Shown here: positions 11,410-21,960 of the stretch, one piece after another
How the letters are laid out: each line of letters begins with the position of its first letter
Numbering within the stretch: position 1 is the stretch's first letter
Assembly: GCA_963677925.2 (NCBI GenBank)
Contig: CAXXYH010000003.1
Span: 1 to 64,000, forward strand
DNA: 64,000 bases
Direction of reading: 5' to 3'
From: Spirochaetia bacterium
GTDB taxonomy: Bacteria; Spirochaetota; Spirochaetia; UBA9216
Program-made: the position numbers and the translations under genes
The notes under the pieces: model-generated
Databases searched by the model: none
Told to the model about the DNA's origin: nothing
The model's input: only the letters and a program-made list of their open reading frames with translations

Positions 11410-11777
11410 TTCAGGTTCTGAATAAACTGAATTTTTACGCCATCTGGATCTTTTGCATAGAAGAATTTTATAAAGGGTGAAGGCTGATATGGGCCGTCAA
11501 TTTCAGTAATTCCATTCTTTTTAAGTTCTTCAATTTTATTTTCAAGATTTTCAACTGTAAATCCAATTGATATATCGCTGCCGTGAACCGGATTTGGATT
11601 CTTCGAATTCTGAATCAGTTCAACCTCTGTATATCCACCTTCAAAGCCTAGAAATGCAAGTCGGGTTCCCGGCATGGGTTCAGACTGTCTGTTAATTTTC
11701 AAACCGGTCATATCCTGATAAAATGCAAGAGATTTCTCCATATTTTTTACAATAATTGTAACCCAGCTGAATGCCAT
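11406..11777 (-). CDS. VOC/glyoxalase family protein
   Basis: VKNMEKSLAFY and FFYAKDPDGVKIQF motifs. Confidence 0.85.
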   Translation of the reverse strand: MAFSWVTIIVKNMEKSLAFYQDMTGLKINRQSEPMPGTRLAFLGFEGGYTEVELIQNSKNPNPVHGSDISIGFTVENLENKIEELKKNGITEIDGPYQPSPFIKFFYAKDPDGVKIQFIQNLN

Positions 11778-11851
11778 ATTTTACTCCTGTACAATACTGA
11801 TAGAGTTTTATGCAAAACTTTCTTAGTTTTGAAATTGCCTCATATAGTTAA

Positions 11852-12910
11852 TTATAACCGACAATTTGATTTTTCAAAATCAAGAAGCCATTGTTTTCTC
11901 TCAAGTCCGCCTGCATAACCGGTGAGGCTTCCGTCACTTCCGATAACCCTGTGGCATGGGATAATTATTGCAATACGATTATTTCCATTTGCGGTAGCCA
12001 CAGCCCTGACCGCTTTTTCCCTTCCTATGGATGCCGCCTGTTTAAGATATGAAGTTGTTTCTCCATATGGAATTTTTTTCAGGCTGTTCCATACAAGCTG
12101 CTGAAATTCTGTTCCAGGGGTAACAAGTAAAACAGTAAACTGTTTTCGCGTTCCTTCAAAATACTCTTTAAGTTCTTTTTCAAGCTGTTTAATATGATCA
12201 TTTACACCTGCAATAATAACAGCATTCAGTTTTTTTTGTATATCCCTGAATTCTGTTTCCAGGGCTCTTCTGTTTGTAAATTCAAGGAGACAAATTCCTT
12301 CATCCGTGGCACAGGTAAACATGGGCCCAATAGGAGTTGTCAGGCGATGTATTAGAATGATATTTTTTCCGTTGGTTTTAGCAGGTGAATTCCCAAATAA
12401 TTTTTTATATGTATATCCAAAACCGTTAAGGGATTCATATCCAGATTCAAAGGCTATATCAGTAACATTTTTTCCTTTCTGAAGTTCTTCAAACGCTGTG
12501 TTTATTCTGTACATTCTCTGAAAAGACTGAAATGTAATGCCATAGTTATCCTGAAACCATCGTCTTAGAAAACTGGGACTGAAACCAAGCGTTTTCATTT
12601 CATAATCATTGTATTTCTGCTTCGGATTATCAGTGATAAGTTTTACAGCTTCTTTTACTTCATCAGGAGCTTCCTGAGAATTTTCGGTGGGACGGCATAT
12701 CCTGCATGGACGAAACCCTTCTATCAGAGCTTCTTTGAAATCAGAAAAAAATACAACATTTTCTATTCTGGGTTTTCTGGCTCTGCAGGTAGAAATACAG
12801 AATATAGAAGTAGTTTTTACACATGCATAAAATACTCCCTGATAATCTTCATTGCGCTCAACAAGAGCTTCGTAGTATTCATTAATTTTATCAGCATTTG
12901 TAATCTTCAT
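11852..12910 (-). CDS. ada: Bifunctional Ada regulator / O6-methylguanine-DNA methyltransferase
   Basis: Ada Zn site (FCISTCRAR; FRPCRIC), AraC HTH, IIPCHRV active site. Start 12910 follows GGAG. Confidence 0.9.
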   Translation of the reverse strand: MKITNADKINEYYEALVERNEDYQGVFYACVKTTSIFCISTCRARKPRIENVVFFSDFKEALIEGFRPCRICRPTENSQEAPDEVKEAVKLITDNPKQKYNDYEMKTLGFSPSFLRRWFQDNYGITFQSFQRMYRINTAFEELQKGKNVTDIAFESGYESLNGFGYTYKKLFGNSPAKTNGKNIILIHRLTTPIGPMFTCATDEGICLLEFTNRRALETEFRDIQKKLNAVIIAGVNDHIKQLEKELKEYFEGTRKQFTVLLVTPGTEFQQLVWNSLKKIPYGETTSYLKQAASIGREKAVRAVATANGNNRIAIIIPCHRVIGSDGSLTGYAGGLERKQWLLDFEKSNCRL

Positions 12911-13001
12911 TAGAAGCTCCATCTCAAGTAAGGATATATTCAATATGCTTTAACTTTATTAATTGAGCAACCAAAAATTTAACAGGTAATTCCTGAATAA
13001 T

Positions 13002-13787
13002 CTATTTTAACTTCTTTACTCGCTTTTCAATTATTTTCAAGAGTTTATTATAGGACGGAGGCGGTCCGGTATTGATTGCTTTTTTATCAACATATAAAGC
13101 ATCCATGATTCCCCAATCAAGAAAGACTTTACGGTCCGAGGTATTTATTCGCCTGAAAATTACTTTTTCTCCAGCTTTTTCTGCCGCACGCTTTGCTCTC
13201 TCATAAACAAGGTTTTGTGCAGGACACCATCCGTTTATGAAGGCTGTAACAGTTACTTTGTCTTTTTCAGTTTCAGGTTTACGTGCAGGCCGAATCCAGC
13301 ATGGTTTCATGGCATCTTCAGAAAAAGGTTTCCATAGAAGTTCCTGAATACCAATTTTATCAACTTTTTTGTATCCATGCTTTTTAAACCATGAAGCCTT
13401 CATCCAGAAAGGCAGTGATATACCCCAGGTAACAAGACCCTTTGCTCCGAGAGCTTTTACATCTTCTTCGGCAGCCTTCAGCAATGCTTTACCCATTCCA
13501 CTTTTCTGAAAATTACCCCGGCCCTGTTTATATCCATGAACCCAGATACAATTGACAAAATAAAGGTCAGAACCTGATGCTGCAGATTCTTCAATAGGCA
13601 AATATTGGATCATACCTCCTGTATTTCCTTTTTCATCCTCTGATAGTTTGACTCTAAGCCCTTTTGATTTATTTGCAGCATACCAGAGTTCTTTATGATT
13701 ACCGGCCTCCTTTATTTCATCAGACCAGTCCTCAAGGCACATGCAGTACAGCTTTTCTTTTTCAGGAGTCAGATCTTTAATTTTCAT
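13002..13787 (-). CDS. GNAT-family acetyltransferase (YoaP-like) with thioredoxin-like C-terminus
   Basis: NCIWV, QKSGMGKALL acetyl-CoA motif, GWCP. Start follows GGAGG. Confidence 0.75.
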   Translation of the reverse strand: MKIKDLTPEKEKLYCMCLEDWSDEIKEAGNHKELWYAANKSKGLRVKLSEDEKGNTGGMIQYLPIEESAASGSDLYFVNCIWVHGYKQGRGNFQKSGMGKALLKAAEEDVKALGAKGLVTWGISLPFWMKASWFKKHGYKKVDKIGIQELLWKPFSEDAMKPCWIRPARKPETEKDKVTVTAFINGWCPAQNLVYERAKRAAEKAGEKVIFRRINTSDRKVFLDWGIMDALYVDKKAINTGPPPSYNKLLKIIEKRVKKLK

Positions 13788-14334
13788 TTTCATCCTCCAT
13801 ATCATTAAGAATAGCAAAATGCAGATGGTCTTCCCATCTATTATTGATTTTTAAATATTTACGGCTTAACCCCTCATCAGTAAATCCAAGCCTTTTTACA
13901 AGTTTTATAGAATCCGTGTTTCGGGGCATGATGTTAGCTTCGATTCTATGAAGCCGAAGTTCTGAAAATGCAATTTCAATAGTCTTTTCAACAGCCTCGG
14001 ACATTTTACCTTTTTTTATCTCATCTACGTCGAGTTTGTATCCAAGAAAGCAAGACTGAAAAACACCTCTGACAATATTGGATAAACTGACTGTCCCTAT
14101 TATGTTAGAGTCGTTTTTATTACTGATAAATAAGGTAAGATAGGATTTGCTCTTTATTCCATCCTGCTGTTCTTTGCAAAACTTATTTGCAGAGTCAATT
14201 GTGAAATATGAATCTGTGCGTGCAGGTTCCCATTCTCTCAGGAACTCCCGGTTTCTTATAAGATATTCAAGATAATCCTTGCCGCATGAATCATCGGGAT
14301 ATTTTAAAACAAGACGCTCAGTTTCATAATGCAT
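13777..14334 (-). CDS. RimJ/RimL-family GNAT acetyltransferase
   Basis: ETERL, FLGYKL, LHRIEANIMPRN, WEDH motifs. Confidence 0.9.
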   Translation of the reverse strand: MHYETERLVLKYPDDSCGKDYLEYLIRNREFLREWEPARTDSYFTIDSANKFCKEQQDGIKSKSYLTLFISNKNDSNIIGTVSLSNIVRGVFQSCFLGYKLDVDEIKKGKMSEAVEKTIEIAFSELRLHRIEANIMPRNTDSIKLVKRLGFTDEGLSRKYLKINNRWEDHLHFAILNDMEDENEN

Positions 14335-14347
14335 TTGTTCCCACCGT

Positions 14348-14734
14348 TTAATTTAATTCAGTGAACAGCTCATGTATATTGCCGTCCGGATCTTTAAAGA
14401 AGGCAGTGCGCTGGTTCCATGGCATATTTGAAGGGCCCTGTACCGCTACAGCACCTTTTGAGATGATTTTTTTATACGAGGCATCCAGATCCTCTACTGA
14501 TTCACAGGGGAAAGCCAGTTCCAAAATCTGTCCAATGGGTTTTTCTTTGAATTCAGCAGAAGTACCGTGCATTACAGACCTTTTGCAAACGGCAAATCTG
14601 CAGCCTTCATTATGGAATTCTACATAATCGCCAAGATCATTAATAATTTCGAAGTCAAGAACCGTCGAATAAAAAGTTTTCATCTCTTCGATATTATCAG
14701 TCCATATTGTAACAAGATTAATTATTGTTTTCAT
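14348..14734 (-). CDS. VOC/glyoxalase family protein
   Basis: PWNQRTAFFKDPDGNIHEL motif. Confidence 0.85.
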   Translation of the reverse strand: MKTIINLVTIWTDNIEEMKTFYSTVLDFEIINDLGDYVEFHNEGCRFAVCKRSVMHGTSAEFKEKPIGQILELAFPCESVEDLDASYKKIISKGAVAVQGPSNMPWNQRTAFFKDPDGNIHELFTELN

Positions 14735-14811
14735 AATGGTACTCCTTTGCTGTATTCAAAATTAAATAATCCAGACTATATAATAATATATTTTATACTG
14801 AAAATGCCTTC

Positions 14812-15252
14812 TTAGTACTCATATCTTGGACAGTCATCAAGATGAAAGTCACCTGAACCTTCCCAGTAACTTGTATCATCAGTTGCAGAATCTATAAACC
14901 AGACAGCAACCCAGTCTCCGGCTTCAGCATATACTTCTGTTCTTTCATTATCTTCACTGTCAAATCCAACATCGGTGGTGAACTCCATATAAATATCAGA
15001 GGATCCTGCAGGAATATTATATACTTTCCATGAATATCCGTCATATTCCAGCGTATCTACAGGATTTGCGTAAATGTTTGTTCCGGAACCTGAATTAGCC
15101 CCGGGAGAAAGGATTTTAATAGTGTAGAGTTCATGCTCAGATCTAGTTTCATCAGTTATATAAAGTTTAGCTCCAAAAATTCCGAATAAATCACAGCTGC
15201 TGATAAAGAAAGTAAATAACGGAATTAAAAGTATAAATCCAATTTTTTTCAT
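14812..15252 (-). CDS. Hypothetical lipoprotein
   Basis: Signal peptide with FISSC lipobox, acidic mature region. Confidence 0.7.
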   Translation of the reverse strand: MKKIGFILLIPLFTFFISSCDLFGIFGAKLYITDETRSEHELYTIKILSPGANSGSGTNIYANPVDTLEYDGYSWKVYNIPAGSSDIYMEFTTDVGFDSEDNERTEVYAEAGDWVAVWFIDSATDDTSYWEGSGDFHLDDCPRYEY

Positions 15253-15315
15253 AGTTTTTCTCCAATTTATTTATTATTTTTTTTTTAATCTCTGTATTAG
15301 AACATAATAATATTA

Positions 15316-15951
15316 TTATGTTTTTAATTGATATAATTTGTTGATATCCGGTTTTAAAACCGGTTCACCATGACTGAATAAAGCAATTTCAATTTCATAA
15401 TTAAGAAGTTTCTGTCCATCTTTCAGTGTCTGCTGAGTATCGTGGTTATAGTGTTCAGGTATACCTATACACAACCCCTGTCCTTCAATATCCTTAATAA
15501 CATCTCCGAAAAACATTATTTTTTTGTCTCTCTGGTATAAAGCAATGCTTCCCGGAGTATGCCCGCTGACGTTGATCACTTCAAGACCGCCAATCAAATC
15601 AATAAAGTCTCCATCTTTTAATTCAACATCAATTTTATCCCTGCAGCATCCGCAGCTGCAGAGGACACTTGTTATTGAATCGACATCATTTTCGTGAGCC
15701 TCAAGGACTGCAGCTGAGAGCAGCATAAGTTTTTTAAGTCCGCCAACATGATCGGGGTGATAATGCGATAGAATAATTCTCGATAGTCTGCCGGGTTCAA
15801 AACCGTTTTCTTTAAGTTCTTTTATAAGATAATCAGTACCGTTTTCCATTCCGGTATCAATCAAGGAATAGTTTTCCTTATCACCTATAACAAAAACATT
15901 GGCTACGCCGACATTTTTTATAATGTATAAGCCTTCTATTATTTTTTCCAA
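15316..15951 (-). CDS. MBL-fold metallo-hydrolase
   Basis: SHYHPDHVGG, GHTPGS, GD and SHG motifs. Confidence 0.9.
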   Translation of the reverse strand: MEKIIEGLYIIKNVGVANVFVIGDKENYSLIDTGMENGTDYLIKELKENGFEPGRLSRIILSHYHPDHVGGLKKLMLLSAAVLEAHENDVDSITSVLCSCGCCRDKIDVELKDGDFIDLIGGLEVINVSGHTPGSIALYQRDKKIMFFGDVIKDIEGQGLCIGIPEHYNHDTQQTLKDGQKLLNYEIEIALFSHGEPVLKPDINKLYQLKT

Positions 15952-16074
15952 TTTTTATTCCTGTTTAATCAATTTTAACAATATTATAGCATATCTGAAT
16001 ATAAAATTTGATTTTTATATAAAAGTGATATATATATAACATATAGATGCATATATTTAACAAAGGAGCAGTTT

Positions 16075-16464
16075 ATGAAAAAAAATTCTATGTTGATTAT
16101 TGTTGGATTTATTATGTCAGTGATTGCCCTGGCAGGTTATTTTAAACATGAAAACTTTCAGATAACCGCCGTAATTTCTGTAATAATCTTTCTCGTAATA
16201 ATATTCTCAATTTTCCTTGCACTGAAAAAAAATGAGAGACTTCAGAGGGTACAAAAAGATGAACTTACAAATCTTATTTCACTCAAAAGTTTTAGAAACG
16301 CATTTTTTTCAGTTTTTATTCTTATGTATATCGTAAATATTGCTTCCAATTTCAATTTAATGAATTTGAAGGTTGACGCATTCATTATTTATATCTATGC
16401 AGTCAGTTTGATAACCTTCTTTACTTCCCGAATCATCTACAATAAAAGGCTTTCAGCCGAATGA
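16075..16464 (+). CDS. Small membrane protein (DUF2178-like)
   Basis: Four hydrophobic segments, KDE motif, coupled to an XRE gene. Confidence 0.6.
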   Translation: MKKNSMLIIVGFIMSVIALAGYFKHENFQITAVISVIIFLVIIFSIFLALKKNERLQRVQKDELTNLISLKSFRNAFFSVFILMYIVNIASNFNLMNLKVDAFIIYIYAVSLITFFTSRIIYNKRLSAE

Positions 16465-16670
16465 GAACAAGAATCAAGGAATTCAGAGCCAGGTATGACC
16501 TTACTCAGGAACAGCTTGGAGTTCTTGTGAATGCCAGAAGGGAAACCATAAGTTTTATAGAGAAAGGAAATTACAATCCTTCAATTAAACTGGCTCATCG
16601 AATAGCAAAAAATCTGAATTCTTCTATTGATGAATTATTCATTTTCGACGATGATGAGGACGATGATTAA
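16461..16670 (+). CDS. XRE-family HTH regulator
   Basis: LTQEQLG...[15 protein letters not shown]. Confidence 0.9.
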   Translation: MRTRIKEFRARYDLTQEQLGVLVNARRETISFIEKGNYNPSIKLAHRIAKNLNSSIDELFIFDDDEDDD

Positions 16671-17124
16671 CGAGCGTATTTATACATTTGCCGCTACTGC
16701 AGCGGGCGGCTGCCTTGCCTTAATGGTATTGATTAATGGTATATTAAGCCGTTATACCAATCCGTTCTTCAGTTCCTTAATTGTGCATGTCGCCGGCCTG
16801 GCAGGCAGTTTTATTCTCTGGCTTATAATAAACAGTCATCGAAAAGGCATACTATTTTCAAAGGAAGCTCCTCTCTGGGCATATACCGGCGGTGTAGCAG
16901 GCTCTCTGACTGTTGTGATTTCGAATATTGTAGTTAATTCGCCTCTAGGACTTGCCGGCAGCTTAAGCTGTCTTATTCTGGGACAGACCTCAGCGGCGCT
17001 TTTATTTGATTATACAGGATTCATAGTAGAAACAAGACGTACTCCTGGAGTACGAGACATTATAAGGCTGCTATGTATTTTGACAGGAGCTCTTTTAATT
17101 ATTAATTCAAGGGGAAACGCATGA
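16663..17124 (+). CDS. DMT-family transporter (YdcZ-like)
   Basis: Five TM segments, [10 protein letters not shown] motif; paired with the next gene. Confidence 0.8.
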   Translation: MINERIYTFAATAAGGCLALMVLINGILSRYTNPFFSSLIVHVAGLAGSFILWLIINSHRKGILFSKEAPLWAYTGGVAGSLTVVISNIVVNSPLGLAGSLSCLILGQTSAALLFDYTGFIVETRRTPGVRDIIRLLCILTGALLIINSRGNA

Positions 17125-17546
17125 TAATCCCCTATATTCTTCTTGCCTTATTCAGCGGAATGGTCGGAATTCTTGCAAGATCAATAAACGCAAAACTTGG
17201 CAGTCTGATAAATCCTGCCGGAGCATCACTGTGGAACCATCTTACTGGTTCTGTTGTTATGGCTGTAATCGTGGCGGTTATGAACAGTTATGCATTTAAA
17301 TATGCCGAGATTCCATATTATGCCTATTTAGGAGGTTTTATCGGAGCCTTATACGTTACTATTTCAAATTTTGTCGTACCTAAAATAGGAGCCGCCAAGG
17401 CAACCGTTATGATGATAGGCGGTCAGGTATTTACTGCTGCAATTATTGATTATTTTAGAGGAGTTATAAAACACCCTCTTATGGCAGTTGCAGGAACAGC
17501 CCTGATCATTATTGGAGTTTATATCGGCGAAAAAAATAAAACCTAA
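17121..17546 (+). CDS. DMT-family transporter (YdcZ-like)
   Basis: PYYAYLGGFIGA and GGQVFTAAIID motifs. Confidence 0.85.
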   Translation: MIIPYILLALFSGMVGILARSINAKLGSLINPAGASLWNHLTGSVVMAVIVAVMNSYAFKYAEIPYYAYLGGFIGALYVTISNFVVPKIGAAKATVMMIGGQVFTAAIIDYFRGVIKHPLMAVAGTALIIIGVYIGEKNKT

Positions 17547-17562
17547 GATGTCTTTAATAAGT

Positions 17563-18162
17563 TTATAATTTATCTGAAACCATTTTAATCAGTATTTTTT
17601 CAACTTCTTCAAGCCACCTGGTACGCTGTTTTTCATCACTGTCAGCTATTATCCTGAACATTTTTCGAAGACAGTCAGTTATTCCGCAAAAACCGAAGGT
17701 ACATTTTATCCACTCATTCTCCAGCGGATCTCCGAAATAATCATTTTCTCTGTCTTCAGGTGTATTTGAAGTGTTAAAAACTATGCCGTATTTACCTTTC
17801 AGTTTCTCAATAGGCAGGCCTCCGCCTGAACCGTCCTCCGGCATATCATAGGCATGAGGCGGCCTGAAAACGCGATCTATATAACCTTTAAGCATTGCCG
17901 GAGGCTGACCCCACCAGTTCGGATGAATAAACACAAGATAATCAGATTCAACCAGTTCTTCAGAAAATTTATTTACAAGAGGATCCTCCGATTTGTTCCA
18001 GCCTAGTTCATTAACCGTGAGAATAGGATTAAAATTTTCTGAATAAAGATCATGAGCAAAGGTGATAATACCCTGCTCATTCAAAGTTTTAACTGCTCTA
18101 TTAAAAATAGCATGATTAAAACTTTTATTATAAGGATGCGCGAGTATAACACTTGCTTTCAT
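17563..18162 (-). CDS. Flavodoxin-like NAD(P)H-dependent oxidoreductase
   Basis: AHPYNKSFN and PNWWGQPPAMLKGYIDRVF motifs. Confidence 0.9.
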   Translation of the reverse strand: MKASVILAHPYNKSFNHAIFNRAVKTLNEQGIITFAHDLYSENFNPILTVNELGWNKSEDPLVNKFSEELVESDYLVFIHPNWWGQPPAMLKGYIDRVFRPPHAYDMPEDGSGGGLPIEKLKGKYGIVFNTSNTPEDRENDYFGDPLENEWIKCTFGFCGITDCLRKMFRIIADSDEKQRTRWLEEVEKILIKMVSDKL

Positions 18163-18290
18163 TTTTCATCTCCATTAACAGTCAATCGCATTACAAGCAT
18201 ATCATTGATATATTCTTCTTTAAATCCTAAATCCAAATAAGTTTTATAAACAATTTTGATAAATCATGTCCTCGTTGTTCTTTTTCAATT

Positions 18291-18971
18291 CTATACATGG
18301 TTGTTTCCATTGCTTAGCTGAAGGTTCGGATTTACGAGGGTAATTTCTATTCTTTCCCTCCCCTTACCTATGTTATTCCTTTTAAGCCTGACTTGACCAA
18401 TTTCACCGGTAGTCCGGAGATGAGTTCCCCCGCAATTAACACATGCAAATCCTTCAATCTCCCAGCACCGTATTTCATTTTTCTCATCTGTGAAATAACT
18501 GCGGATATTATGATTTTCAATTATAAGCTTTTCAAGATCAGGCCTAATTTTATCAATAGCCTCGGTGATATTTCCATTCCATTCAAAATCAAGTCTTGCT
18601 TTAGCAGGGTTAATATGTGCACCTGTTTTATATGGTTTATTATAATTCCGGTAAACGAGTTCAAGAACAAGTTCGGCGGCAAAATGCAGCCTCATTAGCC
18701 TGTATCTTCTGGGCCAGTCAATATGCATTTTAATTTTCTGTCCCTCAAACATTTCATATTCGGGATTTATTGAATAGATTATTTCCTTATTTTCGATTCT
18801 TGAATCAATAACTGAATTTCCGCCTATAGTTGCATAATCAGATTCCTGACCGCCGGAAAAAGAGAAAATGATGGTCTTATCCAGTATAATTTCATTTTTA
18901 TCAAGATAAGTAATTACTGCATCAAGCTTTTGTAAATATGGATCCTGCCAGAACACTTTTTCAACACTCAT
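18291..18971 (-). CDS. AlaX-type alanyl-tRNA editing protein
   Basis: GGQESD, RLMRLHFAAE, CGGTH motifs. Confidence 0.85.
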   Translation of the reverse strand: MSVEKVFWQDPYLQKLDAVITYLDKNEIILDKTIIFSFSGGQESDYATIGGNSVIDSRIENKEIIYSINPEYEMFEGQKIKMHIDWPRRYRLMRLHFAAELVLELVYRNYNKPYKTGAHINPAKARLDFEWNGNITEAIDKIRPDLEKLIIENHNIRSYFTDEKNEIRCWEIEGFACVNCGGTHLRTTGEIGQVRLKRNNIGKGRERIEITLVNPNLQLSNGNNHV

Positions 18972-19005
18972 AGGTTGATTATAGCATAACCGGCAGGAAT
19001 TACAG

Positions 19006-19653
19006 CTATTCTACTATTATTTCAATCACTAAAGATGGAATCCAAATACTTGAAAAACCGTCTGAATATAAATATTGGGTTTCGGCTGCTCCATATGAGT
19101 CCGCATCGGCTAATTGTGCAGAATCCCAGTCGGCAATATCATTCCCGTCATTCCATACAGGTGCTGAAGAAACAGCTGAATCAGTGCATGAGAATACTTC
19201 TTCTATGCTGTCAGCTTCGTTAAATGCAACTATTAAATAGTAAGTGCCGGGAGTTGAAGGAGCTGTCTCGTGTACATCAATAGAATATGTGTTAGTACCA
19301 TTTTCAATATTCAGCTGCTCAAGCCAGTATGCAGATTCATTACCATCCCAGGTATTAGTTACACCAAGCGGTACGTTGGCACTACTTTCAAATCCGTTAA
19401 GGGTTTCAATCATAATTGTCCCCATAAAATATGTATCTGTTGAAACAGTAAATGATCTATCTTCTGGGGTAATAGTTGTACCGTTCAACTCTCCGCTGAT
19501 AAAGGAAATTTTACTTGATAAATCCGGTGCCTCGGATACAGACGGGTTTGATTTATCCCATGCAAGCTCCAGTGATGAAAATGGATCACATGAAGCAATA
19601 ATGAATGAACCGGATAATATTGAAAAAAGCAGCAGTTGTCTCAATTTAGTCAT
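19006..19653 (-). CDS. Hypothetical lipoprotein
   Basis: Lipobox IIASC, acidic Ser/Thr-rich mature region. Confidence 0.7.
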   Translation of the reverse strand: MTKLRQLLLFSILSGSFIIASCDPFSSLELAWDKSNPSVSEAPDLSSKISFISGELNGTTITPEDRSFTVSTDTYFMGTIMIETLNGFESSANVPLGVTNTWDGNESAYWLEQLNIENGTNTYSIDVHETAPSTPGTYYLIVAFNEADSIEEVFSCTDSAVSSAPVWNDGNDIADWDSAQLADADSYGAAETQYLYSDGFSSIWIPSLVIEIIVE

Positions 19654-19780
19654 AGTATTTCTTCTATATACATAAACAATTATGAACTTTTCTTACCAAG
19701 TAATAAGATAACTCTGATTGAACAAATTATCACGAAAAAAGGAGGAAATATTATCATTTTGCTAATATTAGAAATACGGT

Positions 19781-20317
19781 CTAAATCCTGATAATGCCTC
19801 TGAAACCGCGTGAACTATAATAGGACTCTGCACCGTTATGATAGATAAAAACGGTACCGTATCTATAATCTGCGAATATTGCCCCGCCCAGTTTTCTGAT
19901 AGAATCAGGGGTCTTTATCCAGCTTGAAGTATTCTGATCGAAAGGTTCCAACGCCTGCAGGTTTCTGTATTGTTCTTCGTCAAGCAGTTCAATTCCAATC
20001 TCAGCTGCAGTATCAAGAACATTACCTACCGGTTTATGCTCTTTTCTGGATTCAAGGGCTTCAGAGTCATAACACAGGCTTCTTCTTTCTTTAGGGCTTT
20101 CAGCTGAACAGTCGCAAAAAATTATTCTGCCCTTATCAGCTTCCTGTCCAATTACATCAGGTTCACCGCCGCTTTGCTCCATCTTAAGCAGCACACTGAA
20201 AAGTGTACTGTTTTCATTCAGACGGCTGTAAACATGATCCCAGTCAATATCTGTATGTCTGCCGCGGTTTTCCTCAAAACGTTTTTGAAGGATTTTTAGA
20301 AGCTCATCTTTATCCAA
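19781..20317 (-). CDS. DUF4256-family protein
   Basis: GGEPDV, RRSLCYD, YHNGAESYYSSRGFRG. Confidence 0.8.
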   Translation of the reverse strand: MDKDELLKILQKRFEENRGRHTDIDWDHVYSRLNENSTLFSVLLKMEQSGGEPDVIGQEADKGRIIFCDCSAESPKERRSLCYDSEALESRKEHKPVGNVLDTAAEIGIELLDEEQYRNLQALEPFDQNTSSWIKTPDSIRKLGGAIFADYRYGTVFIYHNGAESYYSSRGFRGIIRI

Positions 20318-20332
20318 TTAAAAGCCCCCTTT

Positions 20333-21496
20333 TCATAATATAATGGTCGTAAGTAAAGTATAATCATCGTTTATTACAGAAGGAAACATTTGTTTTTCGA
20401 TATCTGAAATTATTTCTTTATGATTATGTACCGAGAATCTCTTATTAAGAAATATATCTTTAAAATTAATCTCAGTGAAATTTTCTGAATCTGAACCTGA
20501 TGGAAAAATTCCGTCGGTACATAGCACAAGAATATCATCTTTATATATTTTTTCAGTTACTTCTGCATATATCTCATCCGGATTTATACCCAAAGCCAGA
20601 CCGTCATGTTTTATTGATTTTATACTGTTATCTCTTATTAAATAAACAGGCGGCTGTCCGGCGTTGGCAGTTGTTATGGTCATTTTCTTAAAATCCAAAA
20701 GAACCGCACTGAAAGTTAGAAACATGTAATCAAATCCGTCAAGAAACTCGGTTATCCGTTTATTAAGCCAGGAGATTAAAGATGAAGGAGTAATATCATC
20801 AATGCTGTTTGTCCGGATATAATCAGGATAGATAATAGATTTTAAAGCTGCTGTTAGAAATGAACTCTGAACTCCATGACCGGAAACGTCACCTGACAGA
20901 ATCAGCATTTTATTTTCGGATAATTTTATAATATCGTAATAATCACCGCTTATCCCCGACTGGCTGTTAGGCATAAAGGTTACATTAACGGAACATCTGT
21001 CTTTTAAGGGGTTTTCTGCATTCATTATAGTTTTCTGCAGGTTAGAAGCTACCTGCAGGTCGGATAAGAGTTCATTTTTCATTTGAATATTTTCCTGAAC
21101 AATAGAATAATAGTTTACTGCGTTGGTTATTTCATTCTGGAGATCTTTATTATCCCATGGCTTCGCTCTATAGGCAAAGACTCCGGTGTTGATTATATCC
21201 TGCATGTCTTCCATACTTGAATGTCCAGACAGTATTATTACCGGAAGGTCCGGTGAATTCTTTTTTAACACCTTGGCAAGTTCATTTCCCTTCAATACAG
21301 GCATCTGCTGATCTGTGACAATAGTTTTAATTTCATTTTTATGATCTTTAAATATATTAACAGCATCAACGACTGTATTGGCAAAAAGCGCCTTCATCTC
21401 GTTTGCTGAAAGCCATCGCTGCATGCTTCTCATCAATGATTTCAGCACATTCTCATCATCATCTATGAATAAAACATAATTAGTCTTTGTCATCAT
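20333..21496 (-). CDS. Response regulator with PP2C/SpoIIE phosphatase output
   Basis: REC domain (FIDDD, TDQQMP, KPW) plus SGDYYD, GDVSGHG, CTDG. Confidence 0.9.
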   Translation of the reverse strand: MMTKTNYVLFIDDDENVLKSLMRSMQRWLSANEMKALFANTVVDAVNIFKDHKNEIKTIVTDQQMPVLKGNELAKVLKKNSPDLPVIILSGHSSMEDMQDIINTGVFAYRAKPWDNKDLQNEITNAVNYYSIVQENIQMKNELLSDLQVASNLQKTIMNAENPLKDRCSVNVTFMPNSQSGISGDYYDIIKLSENKMLILSGDVSGHGVQSSFLTAALKSIIYPDYIRTNSIDDITPSSLISWLNKRITEFLDGFDYMFLTFSAVLLDFKKMTITTANAGQPPVYLIRDNSIKSIKHDGLALGINPDEIYAEVTEKIYKDDILVLCTDGIFPSGSDSENFTEINFKDIFLNKRFSVHNHKEIISDIEKQMFPSVINDDYTLLTTIIL

Positions 21497-21513
21497 CCGC
21501 CTCCCTGACAGGC

Positions 21514-21960
21514 CTAATCTTCAATATCAATTTCAATCAGCCCCTGTGCATCTCTTAATTCATTATTATTTTTCAGGTGAAGTTCTTCTGATAGAATGAA
21601 AGCTTCATTTATTACAGATGAAACTTTTTCTTTAGTCCACGGTTTAAAAAGAAAACTGTATATATCTTTATTCTTTACGGCTTCTTTAATTACTTCACTG
21701 TTTGCGTATCCGGACAGCATAATTCTGACAACATCCGGATATTTTTCCTTTGTTATTTTAATCAGATCAATACCGTTCATTCCCGGCATTCTCTCATCTG
21801 TTATGAGCACGTTAACATCGTTCAGCTCAAGCAGGTGCAGAGCATCCTTCGCATTATTGGCAGTAAGCAGTTTAAAATCCGCATTTCTGAACTGCCTTAA
21901 AATTGTCTTAATAATAGGTATCTCATCATCTACAAAAAGCAGTGTTCTCTCATTCATCAT
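21514..21960 (-). CDS. Single-domain response regulator
   Basis: FVDDE, TDERMPGMNG, KPW. Confidence 0.9.
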   Translation of the reverse strand: MMNERTLLFVDDEIPIIKTILRQFRNADFKLLTANNAKDALHLLELNDVNVLITDERMPGMNGIDLIKITKEKYPDVVRIMLSGYANSEVIKEAVKNKDIYSFLFKPWTKEKVSSVINEAFILSEELHLKNNNELRDAQGLIEIDIED